Source: Lysobacterales bacterium
GTDB lineage: Bacteria > Pseudomonadota > Gammaproteobacteria > Xanthomonadales > SZUA-36
Direction: 5' to 3'
DNA length: 64,000 nucleotides
Assembly (NCBI GenBank): GCA_035267185.1
Contig: DATFLY010000127.1
Span: 27,894-91,893, forward strand
Each line of letters starts with the position of its first letter. Positions within the stretch are counted from its first letter, which is position 1. The position numbers were made by a program, and so were the translations under genes. The notes under the pieces are model-generated. The model was given only the letters and a program-made list of their open reading frames with translations. It was not told where the DNA came from and searched no databases. Below, one piece after another: positions 1 to 8,891 of this stretch.

Positions 1-810
1 TCGCGACAGTTCCTGTATCCAGGGTCTTATTTCAAGTGCGCCAAGGGCACAGTTGAGGCCAACAGCCAGCGGTTTGGAATGCCTGATCGAATTCCAGAAT
101 GCCTCGACTGTTTGTCCAGACAGGGTACGGCCGCTTGCGTCAATGATGGTTCCGGAAACAATGACAGGCAGTCGGGCTTCCTTTTCCTCAAAAACATCGA
201 AAATCCCCGCGAGCGCTGCCTTGCAGTTGAGCGTGTCAAACACCGTCTCTACTGCGAGTATGTCTGCGCCACCTTCAAATAGACCCCGTGCGGCTTCTGC
301 ATAGGTTTCGCGCAGTTCAGAAAAAGACGTGTTGCGATATTCGGGTCGATTCACGTCTGGTGACAGTGAGGCGGTTCGATTGGTAGGCCCCAGGGCGCCC
401 ATAACAAAACAATGCTTGCCCTGATCCGATTCTTTACGTGAATCAATCGCTTCGAGCGCGAGGGCAGCACCACGATTGTTTAATTCGTAAACCAGGTTCT
501 GTGTGCCATAGTCGGCCTGCGCCGGAGCAGTTGAGGTAAAGGTATTGGTTTCAATTATTTCCGCGCCAGCATCGAGGAATTTATTGTGTATTCGCGTGAC
601 GATATCCGGCCGGGTCAGGCAGAGCAGATCATTGTTTCCCTTGAGCGGGGTAGGGTGACTGGCAAATCGTTCCCCCCGAAAATCATCTTCATCGAGGTTG
701 CACGCCTGGATCATGGTTCCCATGGCCCCATCAGTGACCAGGATTCGCTTTTCCAGCATTACCCTGAGTTGATCGACTTTCCCAGGTGATTTCCACGGAA
801 AATTGAGCAT
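1..810 (-). CDS. metH: Cobalamin-dependent methionine synthase MetH, N-terminal homocysteine-binding region. This is the 5' part of the gene; it runs off the left edge of the window.
   Basis: The reverse frame is open from 810 to position 1 (270 codons). It is absent from the ORF track because there is no stop inside the window. My manual translation is [35 protein letters not shown]...[14 protein letters not shown]...[10 protein letters not shown]...[13 protein letters not shown]...[12 protein letters not shown]...[16 protein letters not shown]...GLNCALG. This is nearly collinear with the E. coli MetH N-terminus. Confidence 0.9.
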   Translation of the reverse strand, partial: MLNFPWKSPGKVDQLRVMLEKRILVTDGAMGTMIQACNLDEDDFRGERFASHPTPLKGNNDLLCLTRPDIVTRIHNKFLDAGAEIIETNTFTSTAPAQADYGTQNLVYELNNRGAALALEAIDSRKESDQGKHCFVMGALGPTNRTASLSPDVNRPEYRNTSFSELRETYAEAARGLFEGGADILAVETVFDTLNCKAALAGIFDVFEEKEARLPVIVSGTIIDASGRTLSGQTVEAFWNSIRHSKPLAVGLNCALGALEIRPWIQELSR

Positions 811-827
811 GGTTTACAGGAGCGGCG

Positions 828-1775
828 CTAGGCTGCTATGGCATGAAGGGAAATAACAGAAAAATTCGGCTGCCTTTTTTCGACCGCCGAAACAGCGCAA
901 TGGATGACTTCGAATCCGGTTTCAGTAGCCAGTTGCTCAAGTTCAACTGGTTTGAACCCGAGATTTTGATGGTCGTACGGTTCAACCGCTTTTCGATGCG
1001 AATGTTGTGACAAAGTGACAGCCAACAGGTGTCCGGATTGGCGTAACACCCTGCGGCATTCACTTAGAACCTGTCTCGGTCGTTCAGTGTAAGTAAGGGC
1101 ATGCATCAGCAGAACCGTATCGAACCGGGCATCCTCAAAAGGAAGTTTGTGCATATCACCCTGTTCAAAACAGGCATCCGGAAATTTCGCAAGACGTTTG
1201 CTGCCTTCCTCCACCACGCGATTGCTGATGTCCAGGCAAACAATTGAGCGTGACTGGGGTGCAAGCAATTCGGCAAGTACTCCGTCACCGGAAGCCACAT
1301 CCAGAACATCACCCAGGTCCAGAAGGTGAGTCAGGCCTCTTGCAGTGGCTTCCCAGGAGCGGCCCGGAGAATAATGGCGTTCCATGTCACCGGCAACAGA
1401 GTCAGCCCAACTTGTTCCCCTGCCCCGGGAATTTAGCACTTGTGGAATTCTGGCCCGGTCCTGTTCTGCAAGAGGATCATCGGTGTTCCGACGAAGCACG
1501 TTCCACAGCGCATCCAGGCCAGGGTCACCAGTGGAAGCGGCGATCTTGTAGTACACAAATACACCCTCGCGGCGATCACAGACCATTCCGGCCTCTTTTA
1601 GCCTGGCAAGATGCGTGGACACCCTGGGTTGGGCCAGTTGCGTGATGGCAGACAACTCTGCGACGCTGAGCTCTTCCCTGTCCAGTAACAACAACAGCCG
1701 CAACCGGGTTGCATCCCCGAGAAGGCGACAACGTTGAGTAGCCAGTTCCAGATCCAGTGTGTATGAAGCTTCCAT
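828..1775 (-). CDS. ArsR/SmtB-family HTH regulator fused to a class I SAM-dependent methyltransferase domain
   Basis: The N-terminus (LLGDATRLRLLLLLDREELSVAELSAITQLAQPRVSTHLARLKEAG) is a typical ArsR winged HTH. The C-terminal half has methyltransferase motif I (VLDVASGDG) and DISNRVVE...FDTVLLMHAL. The gene ends 17 nt upstream of the metH start. Confidence 0.8.
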   Translation of the reverse strand: MEASYTLDLELATQRCRLLGDATRLRLLLLLDREELSVAELSAITQLAQPRVSTHLARLKEAGMVCDRREGVFVYYKIAASTGDPGLDALWNVLRRNTDDPLAEQDRARIPQVLNSRGRGTSWADSVAGDMERHYSPGRSWEATARGLTHLLDLGDVLDVASGDGVLAELLAPQSRSIVCLDISNRVVEEGSKRLAKFPDACFEQGDMHKLPFEDARFDTVLLMHALTYTERPRQVLSECRRVLRQSGHLLAVTLSQHSHRKAVEPYDHQNLGFKPVELEQLATETGFEVIHCAVSAVEKRQPNFSVISLHAIAA

Positions 1776-1776
1776 A

Positions 1777-1806
1777 TCTTTATATCGCGATTCAGAGATA
1801 TAAAGA
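1777..1806. promoter_or_regulatory. Perfect 10-bp inverted repeat TCTTTATATC-N10-GATATAAAGA abutting the start codon of the ArsR-methyltransferase gene. It is a candidate operator or a 5'-UTR hairpin.
   Basis: Read directly from the sequence: tctttatatc (1777-1786), gcgattcaga, gatataaaga (1797-1806). It lies 1 nt from the ATG at 1775 (minus strand). Confidence 0.4.
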
Positions 1807-1934
1807 CTATCGCTACTTGTACCTTGCCGTCAATCGAAGTTGAACATTGGAAAATAGCAGATTCACAGCCGTGACTGACTTATAATGCCGCTGGGTCTCC
1901 CAGCACATCATTAAACCTCGAAAGGAAGTTTCAA

Positions 1935-3098
1935 TTGGACTTCAAATTAAGCGACGAACAGCAGATGATCCAGGCGGTAGCCCAGGATTTTGCACGTGAA
2001 GAAATCATTCCGGTGGCAGCTGAATTCGACAGAACCGGAAAATTCCCCAGCGACACCATTGCCAAGATGGGCGAATTGGGTCTGATGGGCATCCAGGTCC
2101 CCGAGGAATACGGGGGCGCGGGAATGGATCCTGTTTCCTATGCCCTGGCATTGATTGAAATCAGTGCGGCTGATGCCTCTCACGGCACCATCATGTCAGT
2201 CAACAACTCGCTTTATTGCCACGGTATTCTGACGCATGGCAGTGAAGAACAGAAACAGTCCTATGTAACGCCAGTCGCATCAGGAAAGGCCATTGGCGCT
2301 TACGGCCTGACCGAGCCGCAGTCCGGATCAGATGCTGCCAACATGCGAACTCGTGCGGTGTTGTCAGAAGATGGCAGTCACTATGTCATCAATGGCAAAA
2401 AATCGTGGATTACATCAGGGCCGGTTGCAGACTACATGGTTCTTTTTGCCATGACTGATCCGGAAAAGACGGCAAAAGGGGTCACCGCATTTGTGGTGGA
2501 ATCTGATAAGGAAGGTTACATCCGGGGTAAAACAGAGCCCAAACTTGGAATCAGGGCATCGGCAACGTGCGAGATTGAGTTTGAAAACTACCACTGTCCT
2601 GTGGCCAATCGTCTTGGCGAGGAAGGGCAGGGGTTTAAAATCGCCATGGGCGTTCTGGATGCAGGCCGGATTGGAATTGCATCACAGGCCGTTGGCATCG
2701 CGCGTGCAGCTTATGAAGCTTCGCTCGAATATGTTCGGGAGCGCAAGGCATTTGGGCGCGCGATCGGTGAATTCCAGATGACACAGGCCAAAATCGCCGA
2801 CATGAAGTCGCGAATCGATGCGGCGTGGCTCCTCACAATGAGGGCTGCGTGTGCCAAAAGGGACAAAGCTGGTTCGAGCAAGAGATATACGCTTGAAGGC
2901 AGTACCGCAAAGTTGTTCGCCTCTGAGACGGCAATGTGGGTGACGCATCAGGCACTGCAAATTCACGGCGGCATGGGTTACAGCAAGGAACTGCCGCTTG
3001 AACGCTATTTCCGTGACGCAAAAATCACAGAGATTTACGAAGGAACCAGCGAGATTCAACGCATGGTGATTTCAAGACTGGAGACCGGTCTACGTTGA
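1935..3098 (+). CDS. Acyl-CoA dehydrogenase (short-chain/butyryl-CoA dehydrogenase-like)
   Basis: 387 aa. Typical ACAD motifs are present (GLTEPQSGSDAANMRT, WITSGPVAD, IYEGTSEIQRMVISR). TTG start at 1935 with AAAGGAAG 6 nt upstream. Confidence 0.9.
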   Translation: MDFKLSDEQQMIQAVAQDFAREEIIPVAAEFDRTGKFPSDTIAKMGELGLMGIQVPEEYGGAGMDPVSYALALIEISAADASHGTIMSVNNSLYCHGILTHGSEEQKQSYVTPVASGKAIGAYGLTEPQSGSDAANMRTRAVLSEDGSHYVINGKKSWITSGPVADYMVLFAMTDPEKTAKGVTAFVVESDKEGYIRGKTEPKLGIRASATCEIEFENYHCPVANRLGEEGQGFKIAMGVLDAGRIGIASQAVGIARAAYEASLEYVRERKAFGRAIGEFQMTQAKIADMKSRIDAAWLLTMRAACAKRDKAGSSKRYTLEGSTAKLFASETAMWVTHQALQIHGGMGYSKELPLERYFRDAKITEIYEGTSEIQRMVISRLETGLR

Positions 3099-6000
3099 AC
3101 AAGAGTAATTCGTCATCACAACACCCCGTTCCAGGGGAAGCCGACCAGAAGCAACAGATTCTGGACCAGATCATTGAGTTGGCCGGTAGCCGGGCCAGCA
3201 AAAGAAAAGCAGCGTTTCTGAAGCGATTTATTCCTGCATTCTTCAGGCGAGTATCACTGGAAGACATGCAGAGTGAACCACTTATGGTTCTGGCCGGAAT
3301 GGTCGCAAATCAGTTTGATTTCGCATTCAGGCGCAAATCGGGGGAGTTGCTGCTTCGTGTATTTAATCCGGCTGAAAAACGGGATGGCTGGGACTGCGAG
3401 CACACGGTCATTGAATTAGTGAACGATGACATGCCGTTTCTTGTGGACAGTGTCAATCTCGCGCTTTCCGAATTGGAAATTGCTGTGCACCTCATGATCC
3501 ATCCTGTTATGCGTGTTCGGCGAGGGCCATCCGGTCAGTTGACGGAGGTATGTGAGAAAGGCGCCGATGTTGGCCATATGGAATCCCTGATGCAGATTCA
3601 GATCGGTCGACAGACCGATGAGAATGTTCTGACCAGGATTCATCACGAAATTGAAGTGGCAATGATGGATGTCCGGGTTGCAGTGGCCGACTGGAGAAAA
3701 ATGCGTGCGCTGGCAGGCAATACGGTCGAGAAATTATCTGAGTGGGCGCCACGAATCGATGAAGAAGAACTGGAGGAAAGCCAGGATTTCCTGAAGTGGT
3801 TGGTCGACGATCACTTTACTTTCCTCGGTGCGCGTGATTACGAGGTCATCAGAAAAGGCAAGGGACACCAGCTGCGGGTTGTGGAGGGTAGTGGTCTTGG
3901 GATCCTTCGTGAGGATGGTTCGCAGGCCAGGTCGCGACCATTGAGTACCCTGGCTGAAGTGGTCAGATCGCGTCGGCATGGTCATCCATTGCTTGTCACC
4001 AAGACCAACGCACGCTCGCGCATACATCGTGTGGGCTACATGGATTACATTGGTGTTTTGAGATACGACAAAAAGGGATTCACCATTGGTGAACGTCGGT
4101 TCCTGGGATTGTTCACGTCCAATGCCTACAACCGCGGCATGATGCAGACTCCCCTGGTCAGGGACAAGGTCAAATCAGTCCTGAATCAGGCCCGGTTGGT
4201 CCACGGCAGTCATTCATGGAAGTCCATGGTTCACATCATGGAAACACTTCCCCGGGATGAATTGTTCCAGGCATCGGTGGATGAGTTGCTCGAGATTGGT
4301 CATGGTGTGCTTTATCTGCAGGAAAGATCTCGTGTCAGGTTGTTTATAAGGCGCGAACAATTTGGCAGGTTTTTCTCCTGCCTTGTCTACATCCCACGTG
4401 AGCGATTCAATACTGAGAATCGCAAAAAAATCCAGAAAATCCTGAAACGTGCGTTGAAAGGTGCACGGCTTGATTACGTCGTGCAGGTTTCAGAATCTGT
4501 CCTGGCAAGACTGCATGTCATCGTACGCCCCCGGGCAGGCACACAGGTCGAACCCAACGTCAAGATCCTTGAGCAAAAGATCGTCGATGCACTTCGCTCC
4601 TGGATGGATGAACTGACTGAAATCCTTGTCCAGAAGCATGGTGAGGAAACCGGTCAGGCCTGGGTTGGGAAGTTCGGGCCAGCCATTCCTGAGGCTTACA
4701 AGGAAGATGTCTCTCCTTGGGTTGCAGCATTTGATATCGAGAATGCTGCGCAACTCGGTAGCGAGCATGACCTGAAGATGAGCCTGTATCGGCCTCGCAG
4801 GCAGCGCGCTGGCATTTTGCGATTCAAAATATTTCATCGGAAAGATCCTGTACCACTGTCTGATGTCCTGCCAATGCTGGAAAACCTTGGTTTAAGGATC
4901 GTCAGTGAGCGACCTTACGAGTTCTCATGGGCAGAAGAAGACAGCCTCTGGATACAGGACTTTGACATGATGCCCGCAGTTGGCAGGGATATTAATGTGG
5001 AAGCAGTGCGCGATCGTTTCCAGGAGGCTTTTGAGCGAGTGCTCAGAGGCCAGACCGAAAGCGATGGCTTTAATCGTCTTATCCTTGCTGCCCGCCTGCA
5101 TTGGCGGCAGGTCAAGATGATTCGCGCCTACTGCAAGTTCCTGCTTCAAACGCGTGTCACATTCTCCCAGAGCTACATGGAGGAGACACTTTCAAGGCAT
5201 CCACTCATCGCCAGGCTGCTGGTCGACTTGTTTGAAGCACGCTTTGATCCCGCCCGTGGTTCAGAAACCGAGTTCCGGATCGAACAGGCCAGGAAGCGCG
5301 CACAGCAGGCATATTTGTCTCTAAATAAAGGTGAATGTGCGGCAGATGCAGTACTGCCCGAATTGCTGGACGAAGCCGTTGAGGCCCGTGGCGCAGACAG
5401 AGACAAACAGGTGGCAACACTGCGAGCGGCATTTATGCGAGCCCTGAATTCCGTGACCAGCCTGGATGAGGACCGGATTCTGCATCACTTTTACAACGCC
5501 ATTTGGGAAACGCTTCGAACAAATTATTTTCAAGCGGCTGACGGTGATGGCAATCCTCATGAACACATTAGTTTCAAGTTCGACTCCGGGCGTATTGTGG
5601 ATCTGCCACAACCCAGACCGTTTCGTGAGATCTGGGTCTTTTCCACGCGCTTTGAAGGTATACATCTTCGCTGCGGAAGAATTGCCCGTGGTGGTTTGCG
5701 CTGGTCAGATCGGCGTGAGGACTTCAGAACCGAAGTTCTGGGCCTGATGAAGGCGCAGAATGTCAAGAACACCATGATCGTACCGGTAGGTGCCAAGGGT
5801 GGTTTTGTCATCAAGAAGATGCCAGAGAATGCCGATCGCGATACTTTTATGAAGATCGGAATCAGTTGTTATAGTCAATTTATCAATGGTTTATTAGATA
5901 TAACAGATAACCTGGATGAGAAAGAAATCCTTCCACCGCCAGAAGTTGTTCGTCATGATAATGATGATCCATACCTGGTGGTAGCTGCTGACAAGGGCAC

Positions 6001-8080
6001 CGCAACGTTTTCAGACATCGCCAATGGTATCGCATTGGAAAGAGGGTTCTGGCTTGGTGACGCATTCGCCTCAGGTGGCTCTGTCGGTTATGACCACAAG
6101 GGCATGGGGATCACTGCAAAGGGCGCCTGGGAGGGTGTCAAGCGACATTTTCGTGAACTTGGCACTGATATTCAGAAAGAGCCCTTCACCGTGGTCGGAA
6201 TTGGTGATATGAGCGGCGACGTATTCGGCAACGGCATGCTCCTGTCACCGCAGATCAGGTTGCAGGCCGCTTTTAACCATCTGCATATCTTCCTGGACCC
6301 GGACCCGGATCCTGCGAAGGGCTTTAAAGAACGTCAGAGACTTTTTGATCTGCCGCGCTCCAACTGGGCAGATTACAACCAGAAACTGATTTCAAAAGGC
6401 GGAGGAATCTTTTCGCGGCAGGACAAGGTCATTCCTCTCAGCGAAGAAGTCCGCGAGTGGCTGGGTCTTGAAGTTGAGCACCTGTCTCCTCCGGAATTGA
6501 TTCGCGAACTTTTGAAGGCGCCGATTGACCTGCTCTGGAATGGTGGTATCGGCACTTACATCAAGGCATCGGCTGAAAGTCATTCCGATACCGGAGACCT
6601 GGTGAACTCGCCTTTACGTGTTGATGGCTGTGATTTGCGTTGCAAGGTGGTTGGTGAAGGTGGAAATCTTGGTGCCACACAGCTTGGCAGGATTGAGTTT
6701 GCGCGCAATGGCGGCAGTATCAATACTGATTTTATCGATAATTCTGCTGGTGTTGACTGCTCGGATCACGAGGTTAATATCAAAATTCTGCTCAACCTGC
6801 TGATGCGCGAGGGGAAGCTCAAGCCGTCTGCTCGCAAGCAGTTACTGGCTCGCATGACGGATGAAGTATCAGACCTGGTGTTGCGCAGCAATTATCTGCA
6901 AACCCAGGCGATTTCAATGATGGTGCGACTGACCGGAGCCAGGTTGGGTGCCAAGGAGCACTTCATCAGGGTTCTCGAGGATGAAGGATTGCTCGATCGT
7001 GACCTGGAAGCCCTGCCTGATGATGAGGAAATTGTCGCGCGCCGCAAACGGGGAGAAGGACTGACAAGGCCGGAGTTGTCGGTGTTGTTGTCATATAGCA
7101 AGATCAGGCTTTACCAGCAGCTTTTGGATTCCGAACTGCCCGAGGATGAGTATCTCGGGCGTGAGTTGGTCCGCTATTTCCCGCAACCGTTGCAAAAGAA
7201 ATATTCTGATTCCATGCAGGGTCACCGGCTGCGCAGGGAAATTGTTGCAACGCAGGTCACCAATGGCCTGATTAATCGCATGGGTGCATCTTTCACCCTC
7301 AGAATGCATGAAGATACCGGCGCATCCGCGTCTGATGTTGCCAAGGCGTTCACGGTTGCAAGGGAAGTGTTTGATGCCCGTGAATACTGGAGTGTGATTG
7401 AAGCCCTGGACAACCAGGTGGATGCTGCATTGCAGACAACCGCTAACCTGGCGATGTGGAATTTGCTGCGACAGGCCACGCGCTGGCTGCTGAACCAGTC
7501 AAGAAAAGTCGGTGATATTGAAAAGAAGATCGAGAGACTGGCTCCTGGCATACAGGTCATGAGCAAGGCCATCGAGTCTTCCCTATCTGCAGAGGATGTC
7601 GTGCATCTTGAAGCCACCATGCAACCTTACGTCGAATCCGGTTTTTCCAGGAAACTGGCGATGCGAATCGCTTTGCTGCCGATGCTTTTTTCGGCACTCG
7701 ATGTGGTTGAAACTGCTGCCCAGAGACGGACATCGCCAGAACGGGTGTCACTGATTTACTTTGGGCTCGGCGAGGTTTTGGAATTGAAGTGGCTGCGCTC
7801 AGAGGTCGAGGCGCTCAAAGTTGACGGTCAGTGGCATGCACATGCACGAGGTAATCTTCGAAGCGAACTGTTGAGTTACCACAACCGATTGGTTGGACGC
7901 GTTCTTGCATCCAATGGGCGATCAAAGGATCCTGTGGCAGCCTGGCTTGAGGCTAATGAAGAGTCGGTAAGAAGCGTCATGGACATGCTGCACGATATGC
8001 GCAATCAGCCGGCAATGGATTATGCAACGCTGGCTGTCGCTGTGCGCTCTCTCAGCAAGCTGATTGACAACACTGCATGA
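3095..8080 (+). CDS. gdhB: NAD-specific glutamate dehydrogenase, large (about 180 kDa) GdhB type
   Basis: 1661 aa. The family-typical core is present (RGGLRWSDRREDFRTEVLGLMKAQNVKNTMIVPVGAKGGFV, VVAADKGTATFSD, GDMSGDVFGNGML, NSAGVDCSDHEVNIKIL). The putative TTG start overlaps the upstream stop; the exact start is uncertain. Confidence 0.9.
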   Translation: MNKSNSSSQHPVPGEADQKQQILDQIIELAGSRASKRKAAFLKRFIPAFFRRVSLEDMQSEPLMVLAGMVANQFDFAFRRKSGELLLRVFNPAEKRDGWDCEHTVIELVNDDMPFLVDSVNLALSELEIAVHLMIHPVMRVRRGPSGQLTEVCEKGADVGHMESLMQIQIGRQTDENVLTRIHHEIEVAMMDVRVAVADWRKMRALAGNTVEKLSEWAPRIDEEELEESQDFLKWLVDDHFTFLGARDYEVIRKGKGHQLRVVEGSGLGILREDGSQARSRPLSTLAEVVRSRRHGHPLLVTKTNARSRIHRVGYMDYIGVLRYDKKGFTIGERRFLGLFTSNAYNRGMMQTPLVRDKVKSVLNQARLVHGSHSWKSMVHIMETLPRDELFQASVDELLEIGHGVLYLQERSRVRLFIRREQFGRFFSCLVYIPRERFNTENRKKIQKILKRALKGARLDYVVQVSESVLARLHVIVRPRAGTQVEPNVKILEQKIVDALRSWMDELTEILVQKHGEETGQAWVGKFGPAIPEAYKEDVSPWVAAFDIENAAQLGSEHDLKMSLYRPRRQRAGILRFKIFHRKDPVPLSDVLPMLENLGLRIVSERPYEFSWAEEDSLWIQDFDMMPAVGRDINVEAVRDRFQEAFERVLRGQTESDGFNRLILAARLHWRQVKMIRAYCKFLLQTRVTFSQSYMEETLSRHPLIARLLVDLFEARFDPARGSETEFRIEQARKRAQQAYLSLNKGECAADAVLPELLDEAVEARGADRDKQVATLRAAFMRALNSVTSLDEDRILHHFYNAIWETLRTNYFQAADGDGNPHEHISFKFDSGRIVDLPQPRPFREIWVFSTRFEGIHLRCGRIARGGLRWSDRREDFRTEVLGLMKAQNVKNTMIVPVGAKGGFVIKKMPENADRDTFMKIGISCYSQFINGLLDITDNLDEKEILPPPEVVRHDNDDPYLVVAADKGTATFSDIANGIALERGFWLGDAFASGGSVGYDHKGMGITAKGAWEGVKRHFRELGTDIQKEPFTVVGIGDMSGDVFGNGMLLSPQIRLQAAFNHLHIFLDPDPDPAKGFKERQRLFDLPRSNWADYNQKLISKGGGIFSRQDKVIPLSEEVREWLGLEVEHLSPPELIRELLKAPIDLLWNGGIGTYIKASAESHSDTGDLVNSPLRVDGCDLRCKVVGEGGNLGATQLGRIEFARNGGSINTDFIDNSAGVDCSDHEVNIKILLNLLMREGKLKPSARKQLLARMTDEVSDLVLRSNYLQTQAISMMVRLTGARLGAKEHFIRVLEDEGLLDRDLEALPDDEEIVARRKRGEGLTRPELSVLLSYSKIRLYQQLLDSELPEDEYLGRELVRYFPQPLQKKYSDSMQGHRLRREIVATQVTNGLINRMGASFTLRMHEDTGASASDVAKAFTVAREVFDAREYWSVIEALDNQVDAALQTTANLAMWNLLRQATRWLLNQSRKVGDIEKKIERLAPGIQVMSKAIESSLSAEDVVHLEATMQPYVESGFSRKLAMRIALLPMLFSALDVVETAAQRRTSPERVSLIYFGLGEVLELKWLRSEVEALKVDGQWHAHARGNLRSELLSYHNRLVGRVLASNGRSKDPVAAWLEANEESVRSVMDMLHDMRNQPAMDYATLAVAVRSLSKLIDNTA

Positions 8081-8856
8081 GTCCTGCACAAAAATCAGAC
8101 CCCGCAATTCATTTCGTGGCAAGTCTTTCGGATCGTGCACAAAAGGCTCTTGCTGATCTTCAGGATTTGTACGGTCAGACCAACGTGGAATCAGCCAGCA
8201 TCATTGTTGCGCTTGGTGGCGACGGATTTATGCTTAGGACATTACATCGACTGCTTTCAACGCAGCTGCCCGTTTACGGCATGAAACTTGGAGACGTCGG
8301 GTTTCTGATGAATCGTTATCGTGCCGAGGGCCTTTACGAGCGTATTTGCGAGGCGCAACTTGTTGAACTCAGTCCACTTAGAATGGTGACCAGGACCGAG
8401 GCAGGTCATGAAAGCCAGGCGCTCGCCATCAATGAAGTATCGTTATTGCGACAAACCAACCAGGCAGCGCATATCAGGATATCCGTGAATGATCACGTCA
8501 AGGTTGAAGAGCTGGTTTGCGACGGCGTACTGGTGTCCACTGCTGCCGGAAGCACTGCTTATAACCTGTCAGCACACGGACCGATTCTACCGCTGGGAAC
8601 AGACGCGTTGGCATTGACACCAATTTCACCATTTCGCCCAAGACGCTGGAAAGGCGCGGTGCTGCCGAGCAGTGCCCGCATCCGTTTCGATATTCTTGAT
8701 CACTACAAGCGACCCGTCAGTGCAACTGCAGACGCACACGAAGTACGAAATGTGACGTCAGTCGATGTGTCCCAGGCTCAGGATGAAGAACTCAAACTGA
8801 TGTTCGACCCTGATCATAATCTCGAAGATCGAATACTGGATGAGCAGTTCCTGTAA
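8077..8856 (+). CDS. nadK: NAD kinase
   Basis: 259 aa with the GGDGFML motif and the C-terminal VSTAAGSTAYNLSAHGPI motif. The ATG overlaps the gdhB stop (ATGA). Confidence 0.85.
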   Translation: MSPAQKSDPAIHFVASLSDRAQKALADLQDLYGQTNVESASIIVALGGDGFMLRTLHRLLSTQLPVYGMKLGDVGFLMNRYRAEGLYERICEAQLVELSPLRMVTRTEAGHESQALAINEVSLLRQTNQAAHIRISVNDHVKVEELVCDGVLVSTAAGSTAYNLSAHGPILPLGTDALALTPISPFRPRRWKGAVLPSSARIRFDILDHYKRPVSATADAHEVRNVTSVDVSQAQDEELKLMFDPDHNLEDRILDEQFL

Positions 8857-8891
8857 GTTTCGTCGTCAACTGGCCAGGCCATCAAAATTCA

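Noticed and set aside
5821-5960. A locally AT-rich patch inside gdhB, considered as a possible insertion or foreign segment.
   Set aside because: It is in frame and encodes a conserved NAD-GDH segment (…FINGLLDITDN…DDPYLVVAADKGTA), so it is native coding sequence.
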